From positions 1-40,526 of the forward strand of contig DAOOHL010000001.1 of NCBI GenBank assembly GCA_035416185.1: 40,526 nt of DNA, given 5' to 3'. A model generated the notes under the pieces. That model saw nothing but the letters and a program-made list of their open reading frames with translations, did no database searches and was not told the DNA's origin. This DNA is from Propionibacteriaceae bacterium. GTDB taxonomy: Bacteria > Actinomycetota > Actinomycetes > Propionibacteriales > Propionibacteriaceae. Below, one piece after another: positions 8,376-17,450 of the stretch (the stretch's first letter is position 1; every line of letters starts with the position of its first letter). The position numbers and the translations under genes were made by a program.

Positions 8376-9731
8376 TCAGCCGAGCTTCGGCTTCACATCG
8401 TTGGTGTAGATGCCGGTGAGCGTCGTCTTGAGCTTGGTCATCCGCTCCTTGATGTTCGCCTGCTGGGTGAGGATGTCGGCGCTGGCCATGCCGATCTCAC
8501 GGTCGCCGCCGGGCAGGAAGACGCGGGCGAAGTCCTGGACACGGGTGTGTGACAGCTGGTCGAGCGCCACCTTGGCCTGCGGCCGCTTCGAGATGACGGC
8601 ATCGATGTTGGCCGACGTGCGCACGGGCATGTAGCCGGTCGCCTCGGAGAAGGAGGCGGTGTTCTCCGGCTCGGTGATGAACTTCAGGAACGTCGCAGCG
8701 GCGAGCTGCTGCTCCTTGGTGATCGCCTTCGGGATGCCCAGGCCGGCGCCGCCGGTCGGGCAGACCATGTCCGCCGCGGACGGGCCACCGGGCAGGAAGC
8801 CCACGCCGACGTCGAACTTGGCGTTGCCGAGGATGCCAACCAGCGAGCCCGTCGAGGTGACCGTGCAAGCGGCCGCGCCAGCGGAGAAGTCGGCGCCAGC
8901 GTCCTTGGCGGAGACCGCACCCCACTTGTCCTTGTAGACACCGTCCTGGTTGAACTGGAGCGCCTTGATCACGGCGTCGGAGTCGCAGGTGATCTCGAAC
9001 TCCTTCGAGAATGCACCCCCGTACCCCCACACCTTGTTCTGCAGCGACCACGAGTCGTAGTCCGAGGCGGCCACGTGCATGTACGGGGCGGTGATGGCGG
9101 GGTTCTTCTCCTTCAGCTTCGGAGCCCAGTTGGCGAACTCCTCCCACGTCTTGGGGGCGCGGTCCTCGAGGCCAGCGGTCTTCCACATGTCCTTGTTGTA
9201 GTAGAACAGCGGCGTGGAACGCGCCCACGGGACGGCCCACTGGAGGCCCTTGTACTTGTAGTCGTCCCACAGGCCCTTGCGGTAGTCGTCGACCTTGAAG
9301 TCGAGGGCGGAGATCAGCGGGTCGAGGTTGATGATCGACTGGTTGATCATGTAGCGGAACCACCACACGTCGGAGAGCACGACGATGTGGGGGAGCTGGC
9401 CACCCTGCTGCGCGGTCTGGAACTTCTGGGCGACCTCCTCGTAGTTGGCGCCAGCGGTGACCAGGGTCACCTTGATCGCCGACTGGGCGGCGTGGAACTT
9501 GTCGATCAGCTTCTGCGTGATCTCCTGGCTCTTGCCGGGATGGTTCGACCAGAAGGTGATCTCGGAGGCGGGCTTCACGTTGGCGTAGTCAGCTGCGCTC
9601 GCGCTCGCGGCGGGAGCGGCGGGGCCCGAGGTCGACGGGCCACCGCAGGCGCTGAGAGCGGCGGCGCCGAGGCCTGCGCCGCCGAGGGCGAGGAGCCGGC
9701 GGCGGTTGAGGCCGGAAGTCGGATTGTTCAT
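8376..9731 (-). CDS. ABC transporter extracellular solute-binding lipoprotein (family 1, sugar / UgpB-like)
   Basis: The N-terminus MNNPTSGLNRRRLLALGGAGLGAAALSAC combines a Tat-like RR motif with a lipobox Cys. The body is typical of SBP_bac_1 proteins. The ATG at 9731 is preceded by gaaagaaagg. The tracked 716-aa ORF is an upstream read-through artefact. Confidence 0.9.
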   Translation of the reverse strand: MNNPTSGLNRRRLLALGGAGLGAAALSACGGPSTSGPAAPAASASAADYANVKPASEITFWSNHPGKSQEITQKLIDKFHAAQSAIKVTLVTAGANYEEVAQKFQTAQQGGQLPHIVVLSDVWWFRYMINQSIINLDPLISALDFKVDDYRKGLWDDYKYKGLQWAVPWARSTPLFYYNKDMWKTAGLEDRAPKTWEEFANWAPKLKEKNPAITAPYMHVAASDYDSWSLQNKVWGYGGAFSKEFEITCDSDAVIKALQFNQDGVYKDKWGAVSAKDAGADFSAGAAACTVTSTGSLVGILGNAKFDVGVGFLPGGPSAADMVCPTGGAGLGIPKAITKEQQLAAATFLKFITEPENTASFSEATGYMPVRTSANIDAVISKRPQAKVALDQLSHTRVQDFARVFLPGGDREIGMASADILTQQANIKERMTKLKTTLTGIYTNDVKPKLG

Positions 9732-9775
9732 GACTGCCTTTCTTTCTCTTGGTGGTGCCTGAGGGGAGGGGTGGA

Positions 9776-10675
9776 CTAGTTGGCGACGGAGCCCTGGGTG
9801 AGGCCCGCCACGATGTAGCGCTGCAGCATGGCGAAGACCAGCAGCACCGGGACGAGCACGATCACGGCGCCTGCCATCATCACGCCGTAGCCCTGCGGGC
9901 CGGACTCGCTGTTCTGCAGCAGCGTGAGGCCGACCGGCAGCGTCATCAGGTTCGGGTCGGTCGTGATGATCAGCGGCCAGATGTAGTCGTTCCACTCCGC
10001 CACGATCGTGACGAGGGCGACGGTGGCGATGCTGGGCCCCGAGACCGGGACGACGATCGACCAGATCCGGCGCCAGTGTCCGGCGCCTTCGACCTCGGCG
10101 GCCTCGAGCATCGACTTCGGCAGCGACAGGAACTGCTGCCGAAGCAGGAACGTGCCGAAGGCCGTCCCAAGGCTCGGCACGATGATGCCCTGGTAGGTGT
10201 TCAGCCAGCCCAGCGAGGCGATCAAGATGTAGTTGGGCAGGATCGCCACCTGGCTCGGCACCATCAGCGCCACGAGGATGCCGATGAAGATCACGTTCTT
10301 GAACGGGAACCGTACGAACACCAGCGCGTAGGCGGTGATGATCGCCAAGAACACCTTCACTGTCGCGCCCACGACCGTCACGAAGACGGAGTTCATGAAG
10401 ATCCGCGCGAACGGGACCGAGCTGAACGCCTCCTGGTAGTTGTGGAGGCTCGGGTTCGCCGGAAGGATGTGGAGGTCGAGGGTGATGATCTCCGGTGTCG
10501 ACTTGAATGACGACAGGACCATCCACAGCAGCGGCAGCGCCACGACGAGCGTGGCCAAGGTCAGCGGGATGAAACCCGTTGCCAGCGTGCCGATCAGGTT
10601 CTTCTGGGTGAGCCAGCCGCGGTCCTTGGGCAGGTCCTCGGACGGTGCGCCCACGGGGGCCATCATCGTGCTCAT
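9776..10675 (-). CDS. ABC transporter permease (MalG/UgpE-like, BPD_transp_1)
   Basis: It has six predicted TM segments and an EAA-like loop, LEAAEVEGAGHWRRIWSIVVP. The ATG at 10675 overlaps the upstream TGA (ATGA). Confidence 0.9.
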   Translation of the reverse strand: MSTMMAPVGAPSEDLPKDRGWLTQKNLIGTLATGFIPLTLATLVVALPLLWMVLSSFKSTPEIITLDLHILPANPSLHNYQEAFSSVPFARIFMNSVFVTVVGATVKVFLAIITAYALVFVRFPFKNVIFIGILVALMVPSQVAILPNYILIASLGWLNTYQGIIVPSLGTAFGTFLLRQQFLSLPKSMLEAAEVEGAGHWRRIWSIVVPVSGPSIATVALVTIVAEWNDYIWPLIITTDPNLMTLPVGLTLLQNSESGPQGYGVMMAGAVIVLVPVLLVFAMLQRYIVAGLTQGSVAN

Positions 10676-11607
10676 GCGTAGTGCACCCTCCGCTCGGCGA
10701 CGGTGATCTGGATCACCGTCAGAACCAGCAGGATCACGAACAGGATCACTGAGATCGCCGCGGAGTAGCCAGCCCGCTGGTAGGCGAGGAAGCCCTGCAC
10801 GTACGCCTCGTAGATCAGCACCCGGGTGCCCGTCGACGTCGGCGTCATGATCTTGATCAGGTCGAACGCCTGCAACGAGCTGAGGATCGTGGTGATCGTC
10901 AGGAAGAACGTGGTCGGGCTCAACAGCGGCAGCGTCATGTACCAGAACCGCTTGAACGAGCTCGCACCGTCGATCTGCGCCGCCTCCATCAGGTCGGAGT
11001 TCATCCCCTGCAGGCCAGCCAGGTAGACGACCGCGCAGTAGCCGAGGTTCTTCCAGATGTAGACGATGATCACCATTGCCAGCGACAGGGGCGGGTCGTT
11101 GAACCAGCGCGGGCTGGTCATCCCGAACGTGCGCAGCACCCAGGCCAGCAGCCCGTACACCGGGTCGAAGATGAACAGCCAGACGAGACCGACACCGACT
11201 CCAGAGAGCACGTAGGGGGCGAAGACCGTCGCCCTGGCCACCGTGCGGCCCGGCACCTTGAGGTTGAGCGCGAGGGCGACCAGGAGACCGAGGATCATCG
11301 AACCGCCCACGGTGCAGACGGCGAAGATCGCGGTCGTGGTCAGCACGATGCTCGCGTCACCCGAGGTGAACCAACGCACGTAGTTGTCGATCCCGATCTC
11401 GGTGGCGCTGGGCGAACCGAGGGTCCAGTTCAGCGTCGAGAACCGGATGTTCATGATCAACGGGCGGTAGGTGAACAGCCCGATCAGGATCAGGTTCGGC
11501 AGCGCCAGTGCGAGAAACCAGAGTGCGTCCTTGCGGTTGCGAGGGATCGAGAACCAGCCGCGCTTCTTGCGCTTCGGTGGGCGATCCGCCACTGTCAGCT
11601 CTGCCAC
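10672..11607 (-). CDS. ABC transporter permease (MalF/UgpA-like, BPD_transp_1)
   Basis: It has the EAA loop MEAAQIDGASSFKRFWYMTLP. It starts at GTG 11607, preceded by gagagggg. Confidence 0.9.
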   Translation of the reverse strand: MAELTVADRPPKRKKRGWFSIPRNRKDALWFLALALPNLILIGLFTYRPLIMNIRFSTLNWTLGSPSATEIGIDNYVRWFTSGDASIVLTTTAIFAVCTVGGSMILGLLVALALNLKVPGRTVARATVFAPYVLSGVGVGLVWLFIFDPVYGLLAWVLRTFGMTSPRWFNDPPLSLAMVIIVYIWKNLGYCAVVYLAGLQGMNSDLMEAAQIDGASSFKRFWYMTLPLLSPTTFFLTITTILSSLQAFDLIKIMTPTSTGTRVLIYEAYVQGFLAYQRAGYSAAISVILFVILLVLTVIQITVAERRVHYA

Positions 11608-11730
11608 TCATGCCCCTCTCGTTGCCGGATGAAGTCAAGCAGCATCGGTGATGCATGGATGACAGGCAGAACGTACATCCGTTACGCGCGGGTGAACATC
11701 AGGGTCACGAGGATCGTTGCCTGTCCGTGA

Positions 11731-11747
11731 CGTCAAGCCGCTTGACG
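11731..11747 (-). terminator. Short hairpin immediately after the mutY stop
   Basis: CGTCAAG-ccg-CTTGACG is a 7-bp stem lying 5 nt after the stop at 11752. There is no clear U-tract, so it may instead be an operator for the downstream ABC operon. Confidence 0.25.
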
Positions 11748-11751
11748 GGCC

Positions 11752-12624
11752 TCACAGACGCACGAGATCACCCTCAACCTGAGCCAGCCCGTCACGCACG
11801 AGTCCAGCCAGGCATCGTGCTGACTGAGCCTCGTCTGGCCAGAGCGCGAGCAGGTCCGTCTGGTCGTACGGGCGCTGCCGCAACGCGGCGAGAAGCACCC
11901 CGCGGCACTGTCGGTCGGTGCCGTGCCAGGCCTGGCTTCGTCGAACCCCGCCGTACGGCGGCCGACCGGCTGCCAACCAGGCGCAGTGCTCCGCCACGGG
12001 GCACTGGTTGCAGTCCGGTGACGCGGCTCGGCAGACGAGGGCGCCCAGCTCCATCGCGGCCACGTTCCAACGGGCAGCCGTCGCGGGCTCGCCTGGAAGC
12101 CACGCCTCCGTCCGGATCCGCTCGGCGGCCGTGAGGTGCGTCGCAGGGAGGGCTTCGCCGAGCTCGATCCTGGTCAGCACCCGTCGGACGTTCGTGTCGA
12201 GCACCAGCGTGCGCCGTCCGTACGCGAAGGCGGCGACGGCGGCAGCGGTGTACTCGCCGACACCTGGCAGCGTACGGAGGACCTCGGGGTCGGCGGGCAC
12301 TTCCCCGCCATGGGTGGATGTGATCGCGACCGCTGCCTGCCACAGCCGACGTGCACGCCTGGGGTAGCCGAGCCGGCCCCAGGCAGCGACAGCGCTGGAG
12401 GACTCCTCGGCGGCCAGTGCGGCTGGAGTGGGCCATCTGGCCAGCCACTCCTGCCACGGTCCCAGAACCCGGGCGACGGGAGTCTGTTGGAGCATGATCT
12501 CGCTGACGAGCACACCCCACGGCGTGGTGTCTGTCGCTCGCCAGGGGAGGTCTCGGGCGTTGGCGTCGTACCAGGTCAGAACCTCGGCGACGACGGCTGC
12601 ACGAGTGGAGGCGTCGAGCGTCAC
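11752..12624 (-). CDS. mutY: A/G-specific adenine DNA glycosylase
   Basis: It has an HhH-GPD core (LPWR...PWGVLVSEIMLQQT...LPGVGEYTAAAV...DTNVRRV) and a 4Fe-4S Cys cluster (CRAASPDCNQCPVAEHC). I place the start at GTG 12624, which forms a GTGA overlap with the upstream stop. The tracked start at 12759 would overlap the previous gene by 139 nt. Confidence 0.85.
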   Translation of the reverse strand: MTLDASTRAAVVAEVLTWYDANARDLPWRATDTTPWGVLVSEIMLQQTPVARVLGPWQEWLARWPTPAALAAEESSSAVAAWGRLGYPRRARRLWQAAVAITSTHGGEVPADPEVLRTLPGVGEYTAAAVAAFAYGRRTLVLDTNVRRVLTRIELGEALPATHLTAAERIRTEAWLPGEPATAARWNVAAMELGALVCRAASPDCNQCPVAEHCAWLAAGRPPYGGVRRSQAWHGTDRQCRGVLLAALRQRPYDQTDLLALWPDEAQSARCLAGLVRDGLAQVEGDLVRL

Positions 12625-13259
12625 CAGGTGAGGGTCATCACTGCGCGGGCCGACGGTCCGCCCCGCCAGCTCGCGGTCGCGACGTAGGTGCCCGGGCGCA
12701 GGTCGGTCGGCACGATCGCGCACTTGTTGGACCGGTGCCGGTTCCAGGTCTTCGTCCACTCCAGGGTCTGGCCAGGCTGCAGCACGGTCGTCGAGTCGGG
12801 GCCCCAGCCGGCGCAGTCGGTGGACTTCCAGATCTGGTCGTTACCGGAGGTGATCGCCAGCAGGAACGTGTCCCCGTTCAGCGGGAGCTGGCACGCGTCG
12901 GCGCCCACGTTGGTGAAGGTCACGACCAGGTTCGCCTCGGTGCCCGCCTTCACGCGAGCGGGGCCCGACAGGCGAAGTACCAGCTGCGCCACGTCACAGG
13001 TCATCATGGGAACGGGTGTCGCCTCGGGTGCCGCGCTCGTGGCCGGGGCGGGCGAGCTCGCCGGTGCGGCGGGCTCCGAGGTCGTTGCCGGCGACGGCTC
13101 CGCGCCAGCGGCCGTCCGGCTCCGCCACGTGGCGACAGCAAACCAGAGGCCCGCGACCAGTAGCAGCACGAGCAGCCCGATTGCCGCCCGACGCTGCCAG
13201 TAGACCGTCACCGGGACATGCTCGGGCGCGGTCTCCTCGACCCGGTCGGTGGACTCCAT
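12621..13259 (-). CDS. Membrane-anchored secreted protein of unknown function (N-terminal TM, Ala/Pro/Ser/Thr linker, Cys-containing beta-rich domain)
   Basis: It has the TM segment AAIGLLVLLLVAGLWFAVA and the linker AEPSPATTSEPAAPASSPAPATSAAPEATP. The C-terminal domain carries four Cys residues. It occupies the position that a conserved membrane protein holds between disA and mutY in other actinobacteria. Confidence 0.6.
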   Translation of the reverse strand: MESTDRVEETAPEHVPVTVYWQRRAAIGLLVLLLVAGLWFAVATWRSRTAAGAEPSPATTSEPAAPASSPAPATSAAPEATPVPMMTCDVAQLVLRLSGPARVKAGTEANLVVTFTNVGADACQLPLNGDTFLLAITSGNDQIWKSTDCAGWGPDSTTVLQPGQTLEWTKTWNRHRSNKCAIVPTDLRPGTYVATASWRGGPSARAVMTLTW

Positions 13260-13326
13260 GGGGGCATTGTCACGGATCGTCTCCGCTTGCCTCGTCAGGC
13301 ACGCCGAGGCTCCGCGTAACCAGGTC

Positions 13327-14394
13327 TCAGGTCAGTCGCGCGTACGCAGCCTCGGAGATCCGCAGCATGTCATCGCGGATCGCCCGGGCTCGCACGTCGC
13401 CGATCCCGTCGACCTCGGTCAGCTCCGCGCGCGTGGCGGTCAGCACACCCTGCAGGCCACCGAAGTGGTCGAGCAGGCGGGCGGCCACGGCCGGTGGCAG
13501 GCGCGGAATCTGGGCCAGCTGACGGAAGCCGCGTGGGGTGAGCCGGGTCTCGGGCCCGCCGATACCCAATGTTCGTGACACCGCGCTCACGTCAAGCAGC
13601 TGGTCGTCGGAGAGCCCTGCGAGGTCGGCGATCCGCATCGCTGACTCCACCCCGTCGGGCCGGTAGTCGGACTCGAGCTGGTTGCCAAGGCTGGCCGTAC
13701 CGAGCGTGAGCTCGTGCAGCTGGAGCGCGATCAGCCGTCCATCGACGCCCAGGGTGACGACGTAGCCACGGATCTCGTCGGCCAGCCGGTGCGCCAACTC
13801 GTAGCGCTGCGCTGTCAGAGCAACGTCGCGGGCGGTCACCTGGTCGGACACCTCCAGGGCGGACAGTGCGTCTGCCGCATCGCGGAGCCGCTCCCGGTAG
13901 CGACTCAGCGTGTTGAGCGCCTGGTTGGCTCGGGCGAAGTCAGCCTCGGGACGCTCGACCACATGGCGATGCCCGTGCAGGTACAGCGCGATGGTCGACA
14001 TCGACGCGGAGACCGTGACCACGGGCACGCCCGCCTGCTGTGACATCCGGTCAGCAGTCCGGTGGCGGGTGCCCGTCTCAGCTGTGGGCACGGCGGGGTC
14101 GGGCATGAAGTGCACCCCCGCACACAGGATCCGGGACAGGTCAGCGGTCACGACGATGCCGCCATCGAGCTTGGCCAGCTCCCGAAGCGCCGTGGGGGTG
14201 AAGTCGACGTCGATCCGGAAGCCGCCGGTTGACGCACTCTCGACCACCGCGTTCGTACCGACGACGACCAGGGCCCCGGTCCGCCCCGACACGATCCGGT
14301 CGAGTCCATCGCGGAAACCCGTGCCCGGCGCGAGCAGGGCCTGGTGTCGTCGAAGCAGGGCGACGTCGGTCAACCGATCCTCCTCTGGGGTCAA
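13327..14394 (-). CDS. disA: DNA integrity scanning protein / diadenylate cyclase
   Basis: It has LAPGTGFRDGLDRIVSGRTGALVVVG and a DAC-domain GTRHRTADR motif. The C-terminal HhH region reads LPPAVAARLLDHFGGL...LTEVDGIGDVRARAI. It starts at TTG 14394, preceded by AGGA, 19 nt after the radA stop. Confidence 0.9.
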   Translation of the reverse strand: MTPEEDRLTDVALLRRHQALLAPGTGFRDGLDRIVSGRTGALVVVGTNAVVESASTGGFRIDVDFTPTALRELAKLDGGIVVTADLSRILCAGVHFMPDPAVPTAETGTRHRTADRMSQQAGVPVVTVSASMSTIALYLHGHRHVVERPEADFARANQALNTLSRYRERLRDAADALSALEVSDQVTARDVALTAQRYELAHRLADEIRGYVVTLGVDGRLIALQLHELTLGTASLGNQLESDYRPDGVESAMRIADLAGLSDDQLLDVSAVSRTLGIGGPETRLTPRGFRQLAQIPRLPPAVAARLLDHFGGLQGVLTATRAELTEVDGIGDVRARAIRDDMLRISEAAYARLT

Positions 14395-14413
14395 CAGCGA
14401 TCCTATCGACGCC

Positions 14414-15805
14414 CTACCGAGCCGGCCTCAGCCGCCGCAGATCTGTGAGTGCGAGCGCCTGGGCAACCGTCGCGACCGGCACCACCGTCATGCCCGCAGG
14501 TTGAGGCAGGGTCTGTCCTGCGGCTGGCATCGGCACGATCGCGCGGGTGAACCCGAGCCTCGCGGCCTCGGCCACGCGACGGTCGAGCCCAGGAACCCGC
14601 CTGAGGTCCCCCGCCAGCCCGATCTCACCCAGGGCGATCACCTTCGCCGGGAAGTTGTGCTCGATCGCTGCCGATGCGACCGCCATCGCAATGCCCAGGT
14701 CGGCTGCCGGGTCGTACACCCGGGCGCCGCCCACACTCGAGACGTAGACGTCTCGCCCCGAGAGAGCCACGTTCGCGCGTCGTTGCAGCACGGCCAGCAG
14801 CATCGCGACTCGGGAGCCGTCCACGCCATGGGTGATCCGTCGGATCGGTGTGCCCTCCGACACCGGCACCGTCAGCGCCTGCACCTCAGCCAACAGGGGC
14901 CGCCGACCCTCCATCGTCACGGTCACAGCCGTGCCTGGTACGGGCTCCTCGTTGCTCGTCATGAACAGCCCAGACGGGTCGGGCACCTCGACGATGCCGT
15001 GCTCGGCCATCTCGAAGCAGCCGACCTCGTCGGCTGGCCCGTACCGGTTCTTCGTCGCCCGCACCATCCGGAAGCCGGAGTGCCGGTCCCCTTCGAAGGC
15101 GAGCACGACATCGACAAGGTGCTCCAGCAGGCGCGGGCCAGCGATCGCACCGTCCTTGGTGACATGACCGACCACCACGGTCGACATGCCACGCTGCTTG
15201 GCGACTCGGACGAGCGCCCCGGTCACCTCGCGCACCTGGGTCACTCCACCGGGCGAGCCGTCGGCGTCGGCCGTGCCGATCGTCTGCACCGAGTCGACCA
15301 CCAGCAGCGTCGGCTGGACCTCCTCGATGTGCCCGAGCACGGTGCCCAGATCGGTCTCGGCTGCCAGGTACAGCTCGTCGGTGACCGCGCCCGTCCGGTT
15401 CGCCCGCAACCGGACCTGCGCGGCGGACTCCTCGCCACTGACATACAGCGTGCGTCGACCAGACTTGGCCCACTTGGCAGCCACCTCGAGCAACAGGGTC
15501 GACTTGCCCACGCCTGGCTCGCCGGCCAGCAGCAGCACCGCGCCGGGCACCAGCCCACCGCCGAGAACCCGGTCGAGCTCGCCCACGCCGGTCAGACGCC
15601 GCAGGGCAGCGGTCTCACTGACCTCGCCGATCGGCACAGCGCGGCTCGTCGGCCTGGTCGCCGCTACCTGCTTCAGCTTGGGCGCACCTTGTTCGGCGAC
15701 GCTTCCCCAGGTCTGGCACTCGCCACAACGACCGACCCAACGCACGGAGGTCCAGCCACACTCCGAACATGCGTAGGTGGCCGTGCTCTTCGTCTTCGTC
15801 GCCAT
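14414..15805 (-). CDS. radA: DNA repair protein RadA/Sms
   Basis: It has a Zn-finger (YACSECGWTSVRWVGRCGECQTWGS), a Walker A motif (GEPGVGKSTLLL), the KNRYG motif and a Lon-like C-terminal domain. The start is ATG 15805 (MATKTKS...). Confidence 0.9.
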   Translation of the reverse strand: MATKTKSTATYACSECGWTSVRWVGRCGECQTWGSVAEQGAPKLKQVAATRPTSRAVPIGEVSETAALRRLTGVGELDRVLGGGLVPGAVLLLAGEPGVGKSTLLLEVAAKWAKSGRRTLYVSGEESAAQVRLRANRTGAVTDELYLAAETDLGTVLGHIEEVQPTLLVVDSVQTIGTADADGSPGGVTQVREVTGALVRVAKQRGMSTVVVGHVTKDGAIAGPRLLEHLVDVVLAFEGDRHSGFRMVRATKNRYGPADEVGCFEMAEHGIVEVPDPSGLFMTSNEEPVPGTAVTVTMEGRRPLLAEVQALTVPVSEGTPIRRITHGVDGSRVAMLLAVLQRRANVALSGRDVYVSSVGGARVYDPAADLGIAMAVASAAIEHNFPAKVIALGEIGLAGDLRRVPGLDRRVAEAARLGFTRAIVPMPAAGQTLPQPAGMTVVPVATVAQALALTDLRRLRPAR

Positions 15806-15883
15806 GGAGACAGCCAAGCAGGCGGCTATGACAGTTTCGCGAAGGCGCGCCAATCGAGCAGGTGTACGGTTTCCCGTACGAGG

Positions 15884-16519
15884 TCAGATCCTGACGTCGC
15901 CGTTCGCGGTGGCGAAGGTCACCGCGTCGAGGCCTGGGTAGCCGGACTCCGAGACGAAGTCGATCTCGACACCGTCGAAGGTCTCAGGCACGTCGGTGCC
16001 GAGCCAGTCGGCGACCCGCTGCTGGTTGCCGGCGATCTCGAGCTTGGTCAGCTTGATCTCGCCCTGCAGGGCCGACGGCCGCACATCCTCGTCAGAGACC
16101 CACGACACGAAGTACGGAAGCTGCGGGTCGGCGATCAGGCCCTTGACCCCGATCTGGCGCCACTCCAGGCGGCGACCGTCTGGGAAGTGCCTCGTGCCCG
16201 TCACGGCCTGGCGCTCAAGCCGCGCCTCGTACGGTGCGAGATCGGCGACCGAGATGACCCAGCCGAGCCAGCCGCCACCGAGCTCCATCCGCGCGCGGAC
16301 GGCCTGCCCGTACGGGGCCTTGTCAGCCGCGGGGTGGTCGAGCACCTCGACGATCTCGATGTAGCGCCGGTCGGTCAGCGGGATGAGCCTCATCCGGGTA
16401 CCGAACCGGGGGTGGATGCCGCCGTCGCGTGACTTCACGCCCAGCGCATTCTCAAACCGCTCGGCCTCCGCGAGAAGTCCAGCGGGTCCGACGGCGTAGA
16501 CGACGTGGTCGACATGCAT
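15884..16519 (-). CDS. VOC / glyoxalase-like domain protein
   Basis: MHVDHVVYAV...RYIEIVEVLDHP...WLGWVISVADL and PYFVSW resemble the Glyoxalase_3-type family. The start is the internal ATG at 16519. Confidence 0.6.
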   Translation of the reverse strand: MHVDHVVYAVGPAGLLAEAERFENALGVKSRDGGIHPRFGTRMRLIPLTDRRYIEIVEVLDHPAADKAPYGQAVRARMELGGGWLGWVISVADLAPYEARLERQAVTGTRHFPDGRRLEWRQIGVKGLIADPQLPYFVSWVSDEDVRPSALQGEIKLTKLEIAGNQQRVADWLGTDVPETFDGVEIDFVSESGYPGLDAVTFATANGDVRI

Positions 16520-16591
16520 ACCGACATTCTTGCCCTGAGCCCACAGCAACGCGAAATCGGGTGCCACTCGAGACTGTCGCACACCCCCTCT

Positions 16592-17425
16592 ATGGTGGGA
16601 GTCGTGACTGAACCGATGGGCGTCGAGCGGCCGACGGTGCTCCTCTCGACGTCATCGGTCTATCCCGAGACGACTGCGAGCGCGTTCGAGATCGCGGCTG
16701 GGCTCGGCTACGACGGCGTCGAGCTGATGGTCGGCATCGACCCTCTGGCGGCCGACATCGACGCGGTCGAGAAGCTGCGCGACTACCACGGTGTCCACGT
16801 GCGGGCCATCCATGCTCCCTGCCTGCTGGTCACGCAGATGACCTGGGGCGACGACCCTTGGGGCAAGCTCGACATCTCCGCCGAGGCGGCGCGCCGGTTG
16901 GGCGCCGACACCGTGGTCGTCCACCCGCCCTTCAGGTGGCAGCGCGAGTATGGACGCACGTTCATCGAGGGGATCAAGCGGCTGAACGAGACCACGGGGG
17001 TCACGTTCGCGGTCGAGAACATGTACCCGTGGCGCACGCCAGCCGGTGAGCTGAAGGCGTACGCGCCTGGCTGGGACCCGAGCGACCTGCCGTACGAGCA
17101 CCTCACCCTCGACCTCTCGCATGCCTCCACCGCGCGGCAGGACTCTCTCCAGCTCGCCCAGGCGTGGGGTGAGCGGCTCGCCCACATCCACCTCACCGAC
17201 GGAACGGGGTCGATGAAGGACGAGCACCTCCTGCCCGGCCATGGTGACCAGCACGCTGACCGAGTGCTGCGGCATCTGGCAGACACGGGCTTCTCCGGCC
17301 ACGTGGTCGTCGAGGTCAACACCAGGTCGTCCGGCTCCCGCGGCCAACGCGAGGAGGATCTCGCCCAGTCGCTCCACTTCGCGAAGGAACACCTCGGCCT
17401 CCTGGCCGAGGCAGAGCAGGAGTAG
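16592..17425 (+). CDS. Sugar phosphate isomerase/epimerase (xylose-isomerase-like TIM barrel, AP_endonuc_2)
   Basis: AAGLGYDGVEL, VRAIHAP, GADTVVVHP, FAVENM and HIHLTD form the typical metal-ligand pattern. The start is ATG 16592 or ATG 16616. Confidence 0.75.
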   Translation: MVGVVTEPMGVERPTVLLSTSSVYPETTASAFEIAAGLGYDGVELMVGIDPLAADIDAVEKLRDYHGVHVRAIHAPCLLVTQMTWGDDPWGKLDISAEAARRLGADTVVVHPPFRWQREYGRTFIEGIKRLNETTGVTFAVENMYPWRTPAGELKAYAPGWDPSDLPYEHLTLDLSHASTARQDSLQLAQAWGERLAHIHLTDGTGSMKDEHLLPGHGDQHADRVLRHLADTGFSGHVVVEVNTRSSGSRGQREEDLAQSLHFAKEHLGLLAEAEQE

Positions 17426-17450
17426 AACTGTTCCTGGGAGGGTGCAGACG

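Noticed and set aside
9732-10526. N-terminal extensions of tracked ORFs: 8376..10526, 24272..26392, 4790..6289, 3068..4459, 1125..2471, 31007..32230, 34791..36296 and 17241..18374.
   Set aside because: The extensions overlap neighbouring well-supported genes or the riboswitch and translate to junk-like sequence. Each is replaced by an internal start that has an SD or an overlap-coupled context and gives a family-typical N-terminus.
14100-14180. The DisA DAC-domain motif reads DGG (LDGGIVVT) instead of the usual DGA.
   Set aside because: It is a conservative Ala-to-Gly change. The RHR motif and the rest of the domain are intact. I cannot judge functional relevance from sequence alone.
13910-16432. 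An 840-aa + strand ORF, the longest in the window. Similar long ORFs include 531..1976(-), 4071..5411(+), 5633..6973(+), 19128..20618(-), 27593..28504(-), 29789..31006(+), 20134..20979(-) and 20883..21893(-).
   Set aside because: All are antisense or out of frame relative to genes with unmistakable family motifs (radA, disA, ECF ATPase, asd, proC, GH13 and others). Their translations are Arg/Pro/Gly/Ala-rich low-complexity strings, typical of shadow ORFs in high-GC DNA.
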